A DNA stretch of 62,981 nt, counting the filler, from Rhizaria sp. SCN 62-66 (Eukaryota), in the NCBI GenBank assembly GCA_001724265.1. It is 2 parts of 2 records of this genome, joined end to end, with 100 filler letters (N's around TTAATTAATTAA, not from the genome) between each part and the next. Parts side by side here need not be neighbours in the genome. Positions count along the whole stretch, not along the records: positions 1 to 31,442 come from MEDY01000357.1; positions 31,543 to 62,981 come from MEDY01000358.1. The stretch is one strand, 5' to 3'. Positions within the stretch are counted from its first letter, which is position 1, and every line of letters begins with the position of its first letter. The translations under genes were made by a program, and so were the position numbers. Positions 24,701-36,905 of the stretch are shown piece by piece. The notes beneath the pieces were generated by a model. That model worked only from the letters and a program-made list of their open reading frames with translations. It was not told the origin of the DNA and searched no databases.

Positions 24701-27700
24701 CGCCCAGCCCAGCGCGGCGCCGGCCGGAACGCGCGCCTGCAGCAGAGATCGCGCCTGGTCTAGCTCGCTCACGGCGACTCGGCCGCTGCTGCTGAACAGA
24801 GCAAGCGGGTAATCGGAGTGACGCAGGATAAGACGGAATTCGAGCTCGCTAAGGGTGTGCAGAGGGGTCGCGTTCGCAACAGCGGTGCTGGTGCTGCCGT
24901 CAGCGGCCACGGTGCTAGAGCTAACGTAGGTGCATGCGGGGGCAACGGTGAGTGTGGTGGCCAGCTCTAGCTCAGGCCTGTGCTGAGACTGCCACTGTCC
25001 GTGTGTAGCGCTCGAGACAACGCCAGGATTGTTACTGTTCGAACTCGCATTGGCCAGCGGATAATAAGGAGTAGGAGCAACCCAGAGCCCGTGCCCTGCG
25101 TTGGCCTCGTGACCGCGAATCGTAGACACCGTCCCAGCAGCGCCGTCATTCACGGCGTTCGTCACCGCGCAACCGATAGGGTTTGCAACACCGTGATGCG
25201 GCGTTTGTGAAGGCGTAGCTGTGGGCTCCAGCAGCAGTTGAGGCGGCACCGGCACTTGATACCGGCGGGCGAGTGCGAGCAAAGCAGAGCGGTCAGTCGG
25301 CAGTGACAGCGCAACGCTGTCGGCATGGCTGCTGGCAGTTGTAGCATGGCTGCCTGAATTGTTAGTGCTGTTATTTTTGAAACCAAGTGCGCCAGCGATG
25401 CCTTCGCCAACACCCAGCTCAGTCAAACTGGCGACATCAGAGCCAGCATCAGCGTCAGCTACACTGTGGTTGGAGTGCTGCTGCGCCAGCGATGCGATCA
25501 TGTTGGGTGAAATGCGGAACATGATAGACTTGGCCTTAGCTTGCTCACGCACCAGCACCAACGCCTGACTCGCCGCCACCGCCCCATCGCCACTCTCAGC
25601 CCCAAGAGCAGCAGGAAGCTTAGCAGGGGCATCCGCTGCGGCAGTGGCGATGGCGGAGTTCGCCGCCGTCACCGCGCACGCTTCCTCCTCGGCTGCTACG
25701 GACAGCGCAATGGCGATGAGCGCGCGGTGAAGCGCGACGGCTTCGGCGGCTTTGGCGTTGCGGCGCAGCGCCAGCGGCGGCTGCCAGGTCGTGGGATCCA
25801 TGCTGCAGCTGGTGAAGTCTTTGTCTTTGTCTTTGTCAGTGCCAGTGCAAGGCTTGCTACTAACATGGGTGGCGTCAACCTTGCCAATGCTGGTGTTCGC
25901 TTCTGTTTTAGGAGCCTGCTCATGATTGGTGTCAGAGTAGCCGTCTTCATTGTTCCCGTCGTTTTCAGTGTTGTCGCAATATGGGTAATCGCCCTGGTTA
26001 ACGCTCAGCGCGGCCTCAAGCGGGTCGTAGTCTTGGAACCCACCCGACTTGTTGCTCTTGAATCCGCTCACCGAAGCGAAACCGCCCTGAAAAGGGGGAT
26101 TGCCCATAATGCTGTTGTGCTTAGGATAGCAATGGCTGGCGGCGGCGTGGATAGGCACTTCATCGTCTTCATTGCTGTCATGAGTAGGACGATTCTCTTC
26201 AGCTACAACGGGCAAGCGAGTAGCTGTCGCATCATTTGCGTCGACACCAGCACCGTCACCGTGGGCACCGCTATCACCAGAGGCGGCTTGCTTTTTTTGC
26301 TCTGCCTCGGCATGCAACACGGCCCTGATCACACGCTTGGGCAGCGGGAACGAGAGCATCAACGAGGACAGAGGCTCATCGTTGCTGCGACCGAGGCCCC
26401 GCAACGGCATAGACACGGGGGCAGACGCGGTATCCAGCGCAGCTGTTGCTGTGGCCTCAGACTCAGCTTTCGCGTTAGACTCCGTAACAGCCTTAGCGGC
26501 GGCAGCAGCAACCTCGGCGTCTTTATGAGCCTTAGAGGCGGCGGCAGCGGCTGAAGCAGCGGCTGCCTTGCGAGCAGCCTTTGACGCAGCTTTGGCTATC
26601 TTACTGCGCATTGCTGGCTCCTCAACGGTATTGTTTGTGTTTTTTGACTCATCGTCATCTAAGGGCGGCGACGAAGACGGGGTAAGCACCTCCGGTGTCG
26701 CAATGCCGAATTCGCTAAACGAGGGCTTCGGCATGCTGGGGTTGGGGTATTTGGACACTGCCTTAAGATACTCAAGTGCGACGTCAGCAATATTTGCATT
26801 ATCAGCGGTATGCGTGCTCACCGGCTTGTCAGAGGAACATTTGTCATCATAGTCTTCGTCCTCGTCCTCGTCTTCGTCGCTCTCGTCCTGGTTTTCGTTG
26901 TCACTCTCAGAATAGATGACTGCAACAGAGCCCGACTGAACCCCCGCGTTTGCACTCGGTGACGCAGGTTCTGAGTCAGAGGGACCGACGGGAGCGGGAG
27001 CAAGAGCGACGGCGACTGATACAGGCGGATACAGCACGGCGTTCGTATCCTTCGGGGCCAGCAGCCCAGACAGCTCAGTCGGAAACGCGAGCTCGTGACC
27101 GGCGTCAAAAGTTAAGCCGTTGTGGGGAGTGGAGAAAGGCAGGCCGTCGCGGCCAAGCACGTCTGGAGGTGCGGTCGCCAGCGCGGCGTCCAATGCGGCC
27201 TGACTGACTTCTGCCTGCGCGGCTTGACTTTGGGGGTCGTTTTCGCGCAGGACCCAAGCAGGGACTGTAACTGTGATCCCGGTCATTGTGTTCGTTGTTT
27301 TCGTATTCTTGGCGTTCTTCTTCGCCGTGTTGCTTTGGTCAGCATTGGCCGTGTAGCCAACGCTCGCGTTCAGCCCACCAGGATCAGTCGCACCAGCTCC
27401 CCGGGACGGAGTGTTATCTCCATTAATGACCGGCATCTCGGTTTCAACTTCGGCTGACGCTGTTGCCTTATCATCAGTGCCTTTGCTGGCGTTGACCCGA
27501 GCGGCCCACACCGCGTGCCCGCCGGCCACAGCTGCCTTTGCGCGCTCGCGGTCACCCTGCTGCTGCAGCTGCGAGTCCCAGTCGTCCCCGTCATCGCCGT
27601 CGTAGATGTTGTAGCTGCTGCCGACGCCTCTGGAGCCGTGTCCGATGCCGAACCCGTTGCCATCGCGCCTCCCAGCTCCAAACCGGTTGTACTTGCTATG

Positions 27701-29343
27701 ATCACCGTTCTTGTTGGCGGCGCTGTCAAGCGACTGGTTGCGGCTGGCCAGCTCGGCCGCCGCAGCGCCTTGGAGCTTGATCTTGCTGATGTTCACACTG
27801 GGGTTCTTGTCCAGCGCCGTGGCGGCCGCTTTGAGCCATGCCAGCACGTCGGACGACTCGTCGGCAGGGTCGAACGCGGCCGTGCGCGCCGTGTTCGCGC
27901 GGGTGGCCGACAACGCGCCACCCTTTGATCCGATGGTATTGGGGTCAAATGCGGCGCTGTCATGGCCAAAGGCGGAGTCAGCACAGGAGCTTGTGTCAGC
28001 GGTGGTGATGTTCTTGTTCGATAGTGAGGCAAGGAAGCTGTCCGCGTCAAAGCGCGCCAGCGGGGGAGGCACTGGGCCAAATACAAACGCATCAGACGCC
28101 AGCGCACCGGAGCTCTGCTGTTGCTGCAGCTGTTCGCGCTCAGAAGCAGACGCCTGCTCTGGCTCTTGCTCCTGCTCCTGACTCTGCAGAGAGTAGTCGT
28201 GAGCGGGCCCGTGTGAGCCGCGGAGGGAGAGCCAGCCCCTGCGGACGCGGCCGCTGTGGGCGCCGATAAAGCCAGGCACACCCGCAGCAGCTTCCGTCTC
28301 CGCAGGGGACTGATGTGCGGCCTGAATAGTGTTGTTTTGCGGAGTGAAAGACGAAGAAAGTGCCGCGAACAAGCGGCGATTTCGCGCCACCTCATTTTCG
28401 TTGCTGTTCGCTCTACTGCTGTTCACAAGGGCATTGTTGTTGGATCCCGCTGCCTTCGGCGCGGTGTTAGCAACCTCAATGGCTACGAGCGCGTTAGCAT
28501 CAGCGGGATTGGAGCCTTCGCAAACGGCATGGCGTGCGTGCGGCAGAAGCGTCCCGAAGCGACTGTTCTTCACGCTAACGACATCGCAGGCAGCGTTGCG
28601 TTCAGTCTCACGATCACGCAAACGTCGCTAATAATTGCTGAGAGCGTTACAATTACCGTTACTATTGTCGCTGTTGTTTTGAGTGGGTTTCTCGACGCGG
28701 TCATCGAGCGCCGTGACGAGCGAAGGGTGAGAGCGCGCTGCGGCGGCCAGCGCCGCCGCCACGTCGGGATCCGACCGCGGCCGCAGCGCGGGGGCCGCGG
28801 CGGCGTCGCCGCTGCTGGGTGTGGCCGGGCCGGGGGGTTGCGTGGGAGCAGTGACGCTGATGACCAGTGTGGTTGGCTCTGAGCGAAGATCAAACAAACA
28901 AGGCAGGATACAGAGCGACATGTGTGTGTGTGTGTGGGGGGGGGGGTAAGATGAAGTCAAGAGATGCAAGTTCAACAATATCATCAAGAATCACACTCGC
29001 GTGGCTACAAAAGAGGTATGAAAGAGCATGTCGCAAAGTCTCATCACGTACCAGGGAGCTGAGGTAGATCGTCCGGGAAGGAGTCCTGCTGCTGCAAGCC
29101 TTGGGACTGCTCGCGCTGCGAAGGGGACGGCGCACTCGCCTGCAGATGCGCGGACGGCGCGGTGGCACCGGCATCATGCTGGTAACGCTGACTCCGCGCC
29201 AGAGCTGATGATACTGGGGCAGGAGCAGGAGCAACGGCAACGGCAGCAGTTGTTACAGGTGCTGAGACTGAAGCTGAGACAGAGACAGAGGCGGGGGCCG
29301 GGCGGCGGGGCGCGGCCGAGCCTGGCCTTGCGGCTGCGCTCAT
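18758..29343 (-). CDS. Very large low-complexity protein (~3470 aa) with many RPxSA motifs; exons 29343-29052 and 28878-18758; in-frame TAG at 28628-28630
   Basis: ATG at 29343 (MSAAARPGSAAP...). Intron 29051-28879 (GTACGT...CAG) splices G|AG into the frame of ORF 28628..28987, which is the frame of the 3287-aa ORF. Ends TAA at 18758-18760. No family recognised. Confidence 0.78.
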
Positions 29344-29914
29344 AATGCAAGCTGGCAATACAAGCGCGCGCTGAACAATAGATTATACGTGAAGAGCTCA
29401 AAGCTGTGTTGTGCTCGATGACAGAGAAAACTGAGGGCTTAGAGCAGACTCCCTGTCAAGTGTGTGTGAAAGAAAAAGGGGGTTAGTACAGCAGGTGAGT
29501 CATAAATACAAAGTTCATATGTGCAAATAATAGAAGCCAAATGTATACCTTGGGTTATACTGTCTAAATTCGCATTGACGGAATATTGATAGAGATATCG
29601 AATGTGAAAGTTAGCTCGTCGAGGCACAGCTCATAACGGCTCTCCTCTGCCAGCCACAAGGGCGTTCAAAGTAGCTTCACTCTGAACAAATTTATCTTGA
29701 CAGCCCTTCGTCATAATCAAATTTGGTGGAACTTCCCATATTTCTGCTGTGCGCTTGAATAACATCTTTTATTAATATCATTCATCGCGCTCACTGTAAT
29801 TCTCTGCGTCCTCCTTCTTCAAAGACCACCCAACCAGTCTCCCACTACCTCGCCCATCTACTCTCACCCAGCCGGTCCCGCTTCTCAGCTTCACTTTACA
29901 TCGCTGCCACCACG

Positions 29915-31091
29915 ATGAGCGCCTTTGCCCCCCGTGCCAATAGCAACATCTCGATCGACGCACAGGGAAACGTGCGTCTGCTGCCGCAGGAGGACTACGA
30001 CACCACCGTCCAGCTCGGCAAGGAGTCGGAGCACTTCGTCTCCAGTACGTCAAAAATCAAGATATCCCTGTTGAATAATCTAGTACACGCTCTGTCTTGA
30101 TATTAAAACGTGTAGCGCGTAGTGGTGTATTACATACGATCAGCCTTGTTCGGTCCGACTTTATCTGTATTGCGTAATCGTCAATCGTGTTCCTCAATAT
30201 TCTGCCAACGGTCATTGTTCCTCGTCATCGTCTCACGTTCTGTATCCTCTTCCCTTTTTTGTTTCACGTTGACAACACATTTGCCGTCGTGTATTATCCT
30301 GCGCCCTAACAGAAATTAGTGCGTTCTCCGCCAATGTTGACGTTCTGACTCAGATCCTTGCTACTCACGCCGACCGCATTGAGCAGGCCAAGAAACTCGT
30401 ACGTATCGACTACAAAACGAATCGAAGCTATTTTTGCTCATGTCCTCACATCAACAGAACTGCAACGTGTCGCGTTTGGAAATGTGTTGATGGTACTATG
30501 CATTTTAAACCATGACAATCGCAGCATATCCATCACAAGCCGCACTCTCACACCATTGTTGTCACTTCTCTGTTTGCTCTCTTCTCTCCGGATGTGTGTG
30601 TTTTCTCTTTCAGGCGATCGGCGAGCAATCCCGCGTGCAGAGCGAGACGGAGTACCGCCGTCGCGAGCAGGCCCGTCTGCAGGCCAACCTGCTTGAGATC
30701 AAGGCACAGTCGCACCGGTACGTTGCAGCGCTATCAAAACCACCCAAAACCATAGAACCGACATGAACCAAGGAGTCACAATGTTGTTATTATCTTGATA
30801 TGATGACATGTCATTGTGAAAGCCTTTCGCGATGTTATCGAATCTTGTCTAATTGAGTGCGAATGCCCGAATACTGTCTCTAATATCAACCTCATCAATT
30901 TCTTGTCTCTCTCCATGTGCTCTCTTGTTTTCTCTTCAATCGGGTGCCTTTGATTGCATTGCGGTTCTCTGTTGCTGTTTCTGTCTGCAACCTAATCGTA
31001 CTTCTACAGTCTGAGTGAGGAGCTTGCGTCCCTGCAGCAGGTGACTCAAGAGCAGAACCAGCTCAAGTCCAAGCTCACTTCGCAGCGCTAA
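29915..31091 (+). CDS. IFT20: Intraflagellar transport protein 20, 133 aa; exons 29915-30044, 30313-30398, 30614-30717, 31010-31091
   Basis: Spliced product MSAFAPRANSNISIDAQGNVRLLPQEDYDTTVQLGKESEHFVSKISAF...IEQAKKLAIGEQSRV...RRREQARLQ...LSEELASLQQVTQEQ matches IFT20 in size and pattern (D..N.VR.L, L..E...F..KI..F, K.AIG, coiled tail). Three GTACGT introns; ends TAA. Confidence 0.88.
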
Positions 31092-31342
31092 GCAAGCTCT
31101 TACTACAGCTTTGATAACGCGAACTACTTAGGTATCATGTAGTTGGGAAACGACGCGAAGAACATCGGTTCCCTCCTAGACTTTCAAGAAAGCAATCCAA
31201 ATATGAAAACGCAAAACAACAACCCGGCATATTACTGCGATATTGCGCATTACGCACGCACATGTCACATGATGGCATGGTACAATACAACTCGACTCCA
31301 TGTTCGTTGTGAAATAATAAAATATCTGTATACGTTTAAGAT

Positions 31343-31641
31343 TAATAACCCCTATGTAGCGTCAACTAAAAAACGCGAATTCGCGCTTTTTTTGCGACTT
31401 TGGCGCACTTTCGTAGAAGTTATCAAACTACGTGGTTTATTTNNNNNNNNNNNNNNNNNNNNNNNNNNNNNNNNNNNNNNNNNNNNTTAATTAATTAANN
31501 NNNNNNNNNNNNNNNNNNNNNNNNNNNNNNNNNNNNNNNNNNAGCTTTGACGATTATTTCACAGAGATTTCTATTGTGGAAGTTACCTGCCGAAAACTGC
31601 GTTTTTGGCGTTTTTTAGTTGACGCTACATAGGGGTTATTA
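31343..31641. mobile_element. Putative DNA transposon/MITE ends: 34-bp perfect inverted repeats around a scaffold gap
   Basis: 31343-31376 taataacccctatgtagcgtcaactaaaaaacgc is the exact reverse complement of 31608-31641. The outermost TA on each side could be a TA target-site duplication. The interior is lost in Ns. Confidence 0.65.
31443..31542. other. Assembly gap with artificial TTAATTAATTAA linker
   Basis: 100-nt block of Ns with a central TTAATTAATTAA, which places stops in all six frames. Confidence 0.95.
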
Positions 31642-31992
31642 CATTCTAATAAAACGTATTTTAGTTGTTTTGTCACAGTCGAACTTTTCCGCTCAAATTA
31701 CTTAAATGAACATGAGAGAGTAACAACATCCAATTGGCACGAACGGGCGACGCAAAATGCACGCACACGTTCGAACGAATGATTATGATGAACACAACAA
31801 ACATGAAGCACGCTAAAGAAAAGCACAACGCAGCTAGGAAAACAACAACAACAACAACAACAACAAGTACACAGTAATCGAGTAGTGATTTGGTGGAAAA
31901 CAGGGCAGCAAACACAAATGCAGAGCGACTTAATCCGCCGCCCCAGCTCAGCGCGCCGTACAACAATGACTGGCGGTGCTTCCGAACTTGAC

Positions 31993-33832
31993 TTAGAAGG
32001 CGGAGTAGTCGTTGTTGTTATCGCTGTTGATCGATGCGGGGATGGCGACGCTGCCGGCGGCGAGCTTGGTCGCGCGCGAGTAGGCGGCCGTGAAGAACGC
32101 GCTTGCGGCCAGCGCGGCAATGGTGCCGATGGCGAGCCCGGCGGGCAGCGCGGCGGAGCGGATCTTGCGCGCACCGTACACGGCGTCGGCGAAGTCCGAG
32201 GCCTGGGAGTCGCCGATCTCGCCGGCCTCCTGCATCCAGACCGAGGGTACGTAGACCTCAGTGGGCATGGCGGCGAACCACGTGGGCTTGTCCTTGAGGC
32301 CCTCGACCTTGAGCGGGCCGATGGTGTTGACGGCCATCTGCAGCGACTTGGTGGCCTTCATCACGGAGCCCGAGATGGGCTCAACCATCAGCACGGTGTC
32401 GTGAACGTCGCGGTCGGGCGCCAGACCGTCGACGCGCTCGGCGACGGCGGGTGACACGTCCAGGAAGTGCGGCTTGGTCAGCACCATGGGCGCGATGTTG
32501 AACGGGGAGAGATCAAACATGCCGGAGGGACCGTTCTGGTTCCACGCCGCGTTCGGGGGCTCAGCTGTCGAGTTAAGCAGCGCCTTGGCGGCGAGGCGGA
32601 ACTCGAGCAGGTCAAGCCCCTTGTACGTGGTGCGACCGGAGCAAGTGAGGATGACCGAGCGGTGCGCGTTGGACACGAAGACCGGCAGCTCAGACTCCTC
32701 GGTGACGGCCTCAAACGGGCGGAAGTTGCGGCCATCGGTGCCGAGCACGCGGGAAGCCTCAAGCGTGCCCCAGGTAGGGCCGTACTTGCCGTCGAGGCCC
32801 TTCTTCTGGATGTGCGTCGCGTTATTGTAGAGGTTGTACTGGAACGCCATGCTCTCGACGTCATCGCCGACGAAGAAGCTCATCCAGTTGGTCGTGCTAG
32901 CCAGCGTCTCCTTCTCCGTCTCGCGCGGGCCCATGAAGCCCGGGAAGAAGGCATCGGCGTTCATGCCGGCATCGGTCAACTTGGCCACAGCCTCGTTCGC
33001 CTCAGCGACATCCGCCGCGCTGGCGTCAGCGGAGAGCGACAGCGTGGGCAGCGCAAAGCGCGGGTCGTGGTAGCCGAAGAGCAGCTCGGAAACGGGGCGC
33101 TTGGTGAACATGCGGTTCATGTCGTTCATCTCGTCGCCGATGGTGTTAGTGTCGTTCCACAGCTTAGCGAAGGTATCCTTGACGAGAATGTTGCTGGCGA
33201 CGACGCGCCAGATCTGGAAGACGGTGTTCTGCGTCGTGATCACGTCCGTCTCAGACAGCGCAGCAGGGGTGAGCTCGCGGTTGAACTCGTACTCGGTCAG
33301 GTCGCGGTACTCGACGACGTTGAGACCCGTCTGACGGTCGGTCATGAACGTCACGTTGTACGAAGTCGACTCCTTGACGTACACGTAAGGGCCCACCTCG
33401 TTGAGAATCGGCTTAGCGCCGGCGAGAACCTCCTCAGGGTTGGTCAAGTTAAGCATGTGCACGCGCATGTAGGTCTTGGTGGCATCCTTGTCGCGGGACG
33501 AGATGAAGGTGCGCCACGCCTGCGAGTCAGCGTCCCTGGCTGCGGGGGTGATCAGAATACCGTCCTTAATGCCCTTAGTGAGCGCGTGGTCGATGTAGCT
33601 AGGGAGCAGAGCGCCAAGGAAAAGTGCAAGCAGGGCGGCAGCACAGCACAGCCATCCGTAGACGACAAATGCCTTGGGTGCACAGCCTGAAAAAAAGCGA
33701 TTCCATGTAAGAAGGGTGAGCCGAGGAAACTCCTTGTGCGCATGACGAGGAAGGAACGACATCACCTCAAAGCACACGCGAGGAACAGAAAAGAAATATA
33801 AATCCGAACAATTACGTACACTTGGAGGACAT
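31993..33832 (-). CDS. CD36 / LIMP-2 (class B scavenger receptor) family protein, 568 aa; exons 33832-33820, 33686-31993
   Basis: N- and C-terminal TM helices; motifs NLTNPEEVLAGAKP.LNEVGPYVY, V.ELLFGY.DP, V.GTDG..F.PF, G.FDLS, P.VLTKPHFL, H.T.L.VEPISG, YVP..W. Intron 33819-33687 (GTACGT...CAG); ends TAA after a YSAF tail. Confidence 0.92.
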
Positions 33833-34167
33833 CTCAGTCGTATTCCGCGGAATCAACGTCTCGTTGTGGTTCAACAGCTTCCGAAACGCAGCCTGTGCTA
33901 TCTTCTCTCTCGGACCGGGACCGCGTCGACCCGAGTTCTGTGTCCACGCGGCACGCACTGGACTTTGCCTGCTCAAAAGCGTCTTTATGTAACTGATCTA
34001 AATCTCATCAGCTGTCATTATAAATGCTGTTTCTACAACGCTTAACTTGTTTGGAACAACTTTCTAAGTTATTTTGCGAACTGATGTATGTGTATGTACA
34101 GGAATCATCTTTGATGTATTTTCAAGTCAACCCTCCACATCACCCTCCACGCCACTTCCTAACACAG

Positions 34168-36265
34168 ATGCTTCGTCGGATCGCTCCTGCGACCAACGCA
34201 ACCCTGCTTCGCGCGTTAACGCCCCGCGCCTGCACCCCGCGCCGTGCGCTCTCTGTGCAGAGCAACGCAAGCGTGAACGCCAACGCCAGCGCCCGTGTCA
34301 GCGCTTGGCAGATCACCTCGCCAACGCCTGCGCCTCGTCAACAACGGCCTGCTGAAACGATCGCGCCAATTCCTGCGCCATCCTCGCCTCGGGTCGTAGT
34401 GGATCACTCGCGCCAAACCTGCGCGGTACGCCCCCTCAGTCGCAACGCCGCAATATCGCCACAAACGCATCTTGAACAACTCGCTCTCACTTGAAGACTC
34501 TCCCATCTCGCACATCAACGTTTTGCTTCTCTTAATCTCGCTCTCTTCACTCCCCGCGTGTAGCGCGTCGACTCGCCATACACGGGTCTAATCGTGGCCG
34601 AGGAGCCCTATCTTAGCGCAGAGCAAGTCACGCGCCTCGTGGCGGAAGCTGCGGCCGCGCAGAAGGAGTGGGCACAGGTACGTTGTTGTATCACGGAACG
34701 CAAAATTGCAGCGGTCACTAAGTACCTTACAACAATCAATTTAAAAACGCCTCACAAGCCAAAATCATTCACTTTTCACCAAATCATTCGCTTTCCCGCC
34801 CGTCTACATTTCTTTGACAACATAATCTCACTTCCTCGCCACAATGCGTGCATCCACACCATAGGTGCCTCTGTCAGGCCGCATCGTCGCCGTAGGCCGT
34901 CTCGTGGCCGCGCTGACCGCAGACTGCGACGCCATCGCGGGCGACATCTCGCGCCACATGGGCAAGCCGCTCGTGCAAGCCCGCGCCGAAGTCGCAGGCA
35001 TGGCCGTGCGCGCGCGCGCCTTCGCCGACCTCGCCCCCACCGCGCTGGCCTCCGTCATCGTCGAGGACGCGCTCTCCGCACGCGGACTGCTCCCGCCTTC
35101 CCCGGCAGCCGCCGCAAACGGCGGTGTCGCCCGGCTAGCCGTGCAGGACGCGGCGCAGTCGACCAGCGCGGCGCTGTTCGAGCGCGCTGTGACGCGGCAA
35201 CCGCTGGGCGTTGTCGCTGCGGCGACGCCGTGGAATTACCCGCTGCTCACGACGGCCAACGCGACGCTGCCTGCGCTGCTGGCGGGCAACGCCGTACTGC
35301 TCAAGCCGTCCCCGCGGACGCCCACGGCGGGCCGCTGGTGGGCGCGCGCCGCCGCCGCCGCGGGGCTGCCGCGCGGGCTCGTGGCGTCGGCGTTCTGCCA
35401 GCCCGCGGTGTTCGAGTCCGCGGTTCTGGCCTCGCCGGCGGTCGCGCACGTCACGCTCACCGGCAGCGTCGACGCCGGGCGCGCGGTGTACTCCGCGGCT
35501 GCGGCGGCGTCCGGCACAGCGACTGCGCCGCGGTTCCTGCGCGTGGCGCTGGAGCTGGGCGGCAACGACGCGCTATACGTGGCAGATGACGCCGACGTGG
35601 GCGCCGCCGCCGCCGCCGCTGCGGACGGCGCCGGGTACAACGCCGGGCAAAGCTGCTGCGCAGTGCAGCGCGTGTTCGTGCATGAGGCCGTGTACGGTGC
35701 GTTCCTCGAGCGCGCAGTCGCCGAGCTGGCCGCACTGCGACTGGGCGACCCGCTGAGCGAGGGCACGACGATGGGGCCGCTCGCGCTCGCTTCGGCGCGG
35801 CCGCGGCTGGAAGGCATGATCGCCGACGCGCAGCAGCGCGGCGCGCGCGTAGTGCTGGGCGGCGGGCCGCACGCCAGCGGCGGGCCCGGCGCGGCGCGCG
35901 CGCGGTTCTTCGAGCCCACCGTGCTGTCGTACTGCCCGCCAGACGCGGCCGTGATGCGGGACGAGGCGTTCGGCCCGCTGCTCGCGGTGTGGCCAGTGCG
36001 CGGCGACGACGACGCGGTGCGGCTAACAAACGCGTCGCAGTTCGGGCTCACGGCGAGCGTGTGGACGCAAGACCCCGCGCGCGCGCAGCGGTTGGCGGCG
36101 CAACTCAACGTCGGTACGGTCTTCGCTAACCGTTGCGACTACGTTGACCCTTACCTCCACTGGGGCGGCGGCTGGGGGCTCTCGGGGCTAGGCTCCTCGG
36201 TGGGCGTCGAGGGCTTCCATGCCTTCACCCGCGTGCGCGCCACCCACTTCAAGTTCCCCGTCTAA
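34168..36265 (+). CDS. NAD(P)-dependent aldehyde dehydrogenase with an Arg-rich, probably mitochondrial presequence, 590 aa; exons 34168-34425, 34564-34677, 34865-36265
   Basis: PWNYP, GNAVLLKPS, TGS...G, LELGG, catalytic NAGQSCCA, EAFGP, FGLTASVWT. The N-terminus MLRRIAPATNATLLRALTPR... has no acidic residues. Introns start GTACGC and GTACGT; ends TAA. Confidence 0.92.
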
Positions 36266-36905
36266 GCCACGAGGGCGTCGGCGTGAGAGAAGGAAGCAAG
36301 AAAATGTGATGACGAGAGTCGCCGATCACATATCGAGATAGCAAGGATAACGAGCACCAGTTGCTACAAAGTTTTAATAAAATACACTTGACTATTATTT
36401 TGAAAGCATACGTGTCTAATATGCGCACTGACGATCAACTTAGTGCTGTGCAGTTACTCCTTTGAAGAGGAGTGGGCTGACGCTGAACCGGACTGGGCTC
36501 GCCCACCGTCTCACTGCCCCCTTTGTTCTGCTTTTCTTCAAGCGTATCACGTCGCAATATCGTCGTTGTTGAAGACATGCGTATAACCATGCATGTCTAT
36601 GGTAATATTTCTATTCGCAATTGCTAAATCTTCTCTCATTTCTCCTTTCTATCGCCCTCCTATCGTCTTTCTTTGCCTACAGGGTGGTCGACCCGGTGGA
36701 ATCCTGCCTTTCCCAAACCAAGCAAGTTTCTGCGTGGGGTGTGATTGTCTTGGGCCAGCCGGTTTTCAAAACAGGTAACTTTGGCGCAAGTACAGCAACC
36801 TACTGTTTATTTGTGCGCAAGTAGCGGTGGTCGCTCAGTCGAACCGTTTCCGCTCTCCCCCCCAGTGGCTGAGGCGACTTGCTTCTTCTCACGCCTCTCC
36901 TCGCC

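Noticed and set aside
31487-31498. TTAATTAATTAA palindrome
   Set aside because: It lies inside the N run and is an artificial scaffolding linker.
36451-36480. Stem-loop cagttactcctt-tgaa-gaggagtgggctg between the ALDH and secreted-protein genes (similar weak hairpin at 7269-7307)
   Set aside because: Short, with several G-U pairs and no tRNA, snoRNA or SECIS features I can support. I found no tRNA(CUA) in this window.
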